From positions 1,240,001 to 1,304,000 of the forward strand of contig JBNJNM010000013.1 of assembly GCA_052426225.1 (NCBI GenBank): DNA of 64,000 nt, written 5' to 3'. Each line of letters begins with the position of its first letter. Position 1 is the first letter of the stretch. Below, one piece after another: positions 62,303-64,000 of the stretch. The notes under the pieces were generated by a model that did not search any database, had not been told where the DNA came from, and saw only the letters and a list, made by a program, of their open reading frames with translations. The DNA comes from Zancudomyces culisetae HAW-14-8 (Eukaryota; Fungi; Kickxellomycota). The translations under genes were made by a program, and so were the position numbers.

Positions 62303-63793
62303 TTAGCTAAAGTTTATGGCCATACGATTCCCATTATATCCATTCCACGCAAGCAAGTTTGGCGTGTCTGGAGGAACTCCCTGGACCATATCCTTCAATG
62401 CGCTAGACAAGATTGCAGATTTTAAATCTTTTGCGGAAAGCCCCGGGTTTTGTTGCAAAACTAGTGTACAAATACCAGTAACAATAGGTGCAGAGTGGGA
62501 TGTTCCGCTGGAATACGTTATTCCTGCATCTACAGCTGAATCGGCGCCGGCTATTATAGACCCCGGTGCCAAAATATCTACACATGTTCCATAATTTGAA
62601 AAAGATGCAAACCCATCGTTCAATGGTGTTGTAGACCCAACAGTCAATCCGTTTGGATCTCCAGCAGGACTATAGTCACATGCGTCTTTACCATTATTTC
62701 CTGCAGATATGATGGTGAGTACACCAAGTTTTCTCAGCTCGTTAATTGCCATGGGAATAAGCGCTGAAGTTCCATCTGAATTCAAAGATAGATTTACTAC
62801 TCCAGGATAGTTGCTAAATGTCGACTTTTTGAGCTCGTATGCTTGACCAAGTGCGCTTATCAATTTCGAAATCGTTGAATCTCCTTTCGCGTCCAATATT
62901 TTTATTGACGCTATCTTTGCTACCCTGGACACACCAATAGTTTTCCCCGCTATGATACTCGCCACAAACGTACCATGTCCAAGAAGATCCTGTGTATCCT
63001 CTGTTGTAACTAAAGATGTGTTGTGCACAATCTTACCGGCTAGCTCAGCATGGTTTTCATTTATTCCAGAATCAAGTACATAAGCAATAACAGTACCAGT
63101 GTTATTTAGATTTGGTGGTGGGTAATAATACGATACACCATACGGAAAATACTCTGTAATCATGGCTGAATCTGTCATTGAAAGTCTTGCAAGGTTCCAT
63201 GGCGCCATTTTGACCTGTGTCCACTGAGAGTAATCATTGGTAAAGTTGAACGATGTAGTAAAATCGGCTCGCTTTGATAAGTTGGATGTCCGGGCGCTTT
63301 TGTCGTATTCGTTACCTTGTCCTAACCAATCTTTGTCATCAAACTGGTGTTTTTTCCAGTCAATCGTTATAATTTTGTCTTCTTCGACCCCCACTATTTC
63401 TGGATTACTTTCTAAGAGGTTGGCTTGATCCTCACTAATCATCACTGAATTGACAACTAATCCCCCAGAAACATCCCTCTTTCTTCCCTTGTTTGATGAA
63501 ATCCTGTTTTTTGCAGAAAACACGGTTTTCATTGTGTTATTGAACCTGACAAACGAACCGCTATCGGTGAATGAGCTTTTCAAAATATCTGCAATTATAT
63601 TTGCTGATCCGATATTACGATTGCCGCTGTTAATGTACCCGACTAGATATCGTTTTTTCGCTACCGCTGTACTCGATGTAGTATTATCATTCTCCCTCTT
63701 TTCAACCCGACTAATATCTACGTTGCTCGAATGCACTATGCACACCATACTCAGCCATAAGGTAGCCAGCTCTACCAGTAAATTGGATTTCAT
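62303..63793 (-). CDS. Secreted subtilisin-like serine protease (S8, proteinase K type) with prodomain
   Basis: Signal peptide, prodomain ending VEEDKII, APWNLARLS, catalytic motifs VLDSG, HGTFVA, SAGN, SGTSHSAP. Confidence 0.95.
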   Translation of the reverse strand: MKSNLLVELATLWLSMVCIVHSSNVDISRVEKRENDNTTSSTAVAKKRYLVGYINSGNRNIGSANIIADILKSSFTDSGSFVRFNNTMKTVFSAKNRISSNKGRKRDVSGGLVVNSVMISEDQANLLESNPEIVGVEEDKIITIDWKKHQFDDKDWLGQGNEYDKSARTSNLSKRADFTTSFNFTNDYSQWTQVKMAPWNLARLSMTDSAMITEYFPYGVSYYYPPPNLNNTGTVIAYVLDSGINENHAELAGKIVHNTSLVTTEDTQDLLGHGTFVASIIAGKTIGVSRVAKIASIKILDAKGDSTISKLISALGQAYELKKSTFSNYPGVVNLSLNSDGTSALIPMAINELRKLGVLTIISAGNNGKDACDYSPAGDPNGLTVGSTTPLNDGFASFSNYGTCVDILAPGSIIAGADSAVDAGITYSSGTSHSAPIVTGICTLVLQQNPGLSAKDLKSAILSSALKDMVQGVPPDTPNLLAWNGYNGNRMAINFS

Positions 63794-64000
63794 TATTCTC
63801 TTTTGTCTTGTGTCAGTTGATTTATAAACGTAATTTTTATCTGTGCCGATCTGTAGCCCGTTCTATATAATTACTTTTAAGTATTTGTATGGATCTGTCG
63901 GTGTTTGTTATGTTGATTTGAATATGGTGATAGTTTTGGGGGTTCTGCTTGTTTAAACACTCTGACTTTCTAAAAGTTGAAACCAGCTATCGTGTATCCA

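Noticed and set aside
1-64000. Selenoprotein (in-frame TGA plus SECIS), CRISPR array, transposon, rRNA or tRNA
   Set aside because: Looked for selenoproteins because some early-diverging fungi use selenocysteine. No gene model needs TGA read-through, and no spaced repeats, transposase/RT motifs or structured RNA genes were recognised by eye; a covariance-model scan was not possible.

Overview
Eukaryotic, AT-rich nuclear DNA with short GT-AG introns. The gene set looks like an early-diverging fungus; Harpellales/Kickxellomycotina is my inference, not proven. I rebuilt about 23 protein-coding genes by hand-splicing; the supplied ORF track fragments or misses several. They include two near-identical inverted cytochrome P450 copies, two PPR proteins, Mia40, a DUF4272-like protein with a mitochondrial presequence, a CRIB-domain PAK-type pseudokinase, Pus3, a G-alpha subunit, a FANCE-like protein, Coa1, an F-box protein, a degenerate alpha/beta-hydrolase, an ODC carrier, Pex7, a 1960-aa orphan, a hidden 4-exon orphan, Cmc4, a histidine phosphatase, kinesin-1, a PDK/BCKDK kinase, an Sfi1-like protein and a secreted subtilisin. 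Most notable: the DUF4272-like organellar protein, the FANCE-like gene, two pseudoenzymes, the P450 inverted duplication, the hidden gene, a GC-AG intron plus microexon in PEX7, convergent genes sharing a TTAA stop, and multi-kb GC-skew domains that ignore gene orientation. I found no rRNA, tRNA, CRISPR array, intact mobile element or clearly novel multi-gene system. Family calls come from recalled motifs, not database searches.
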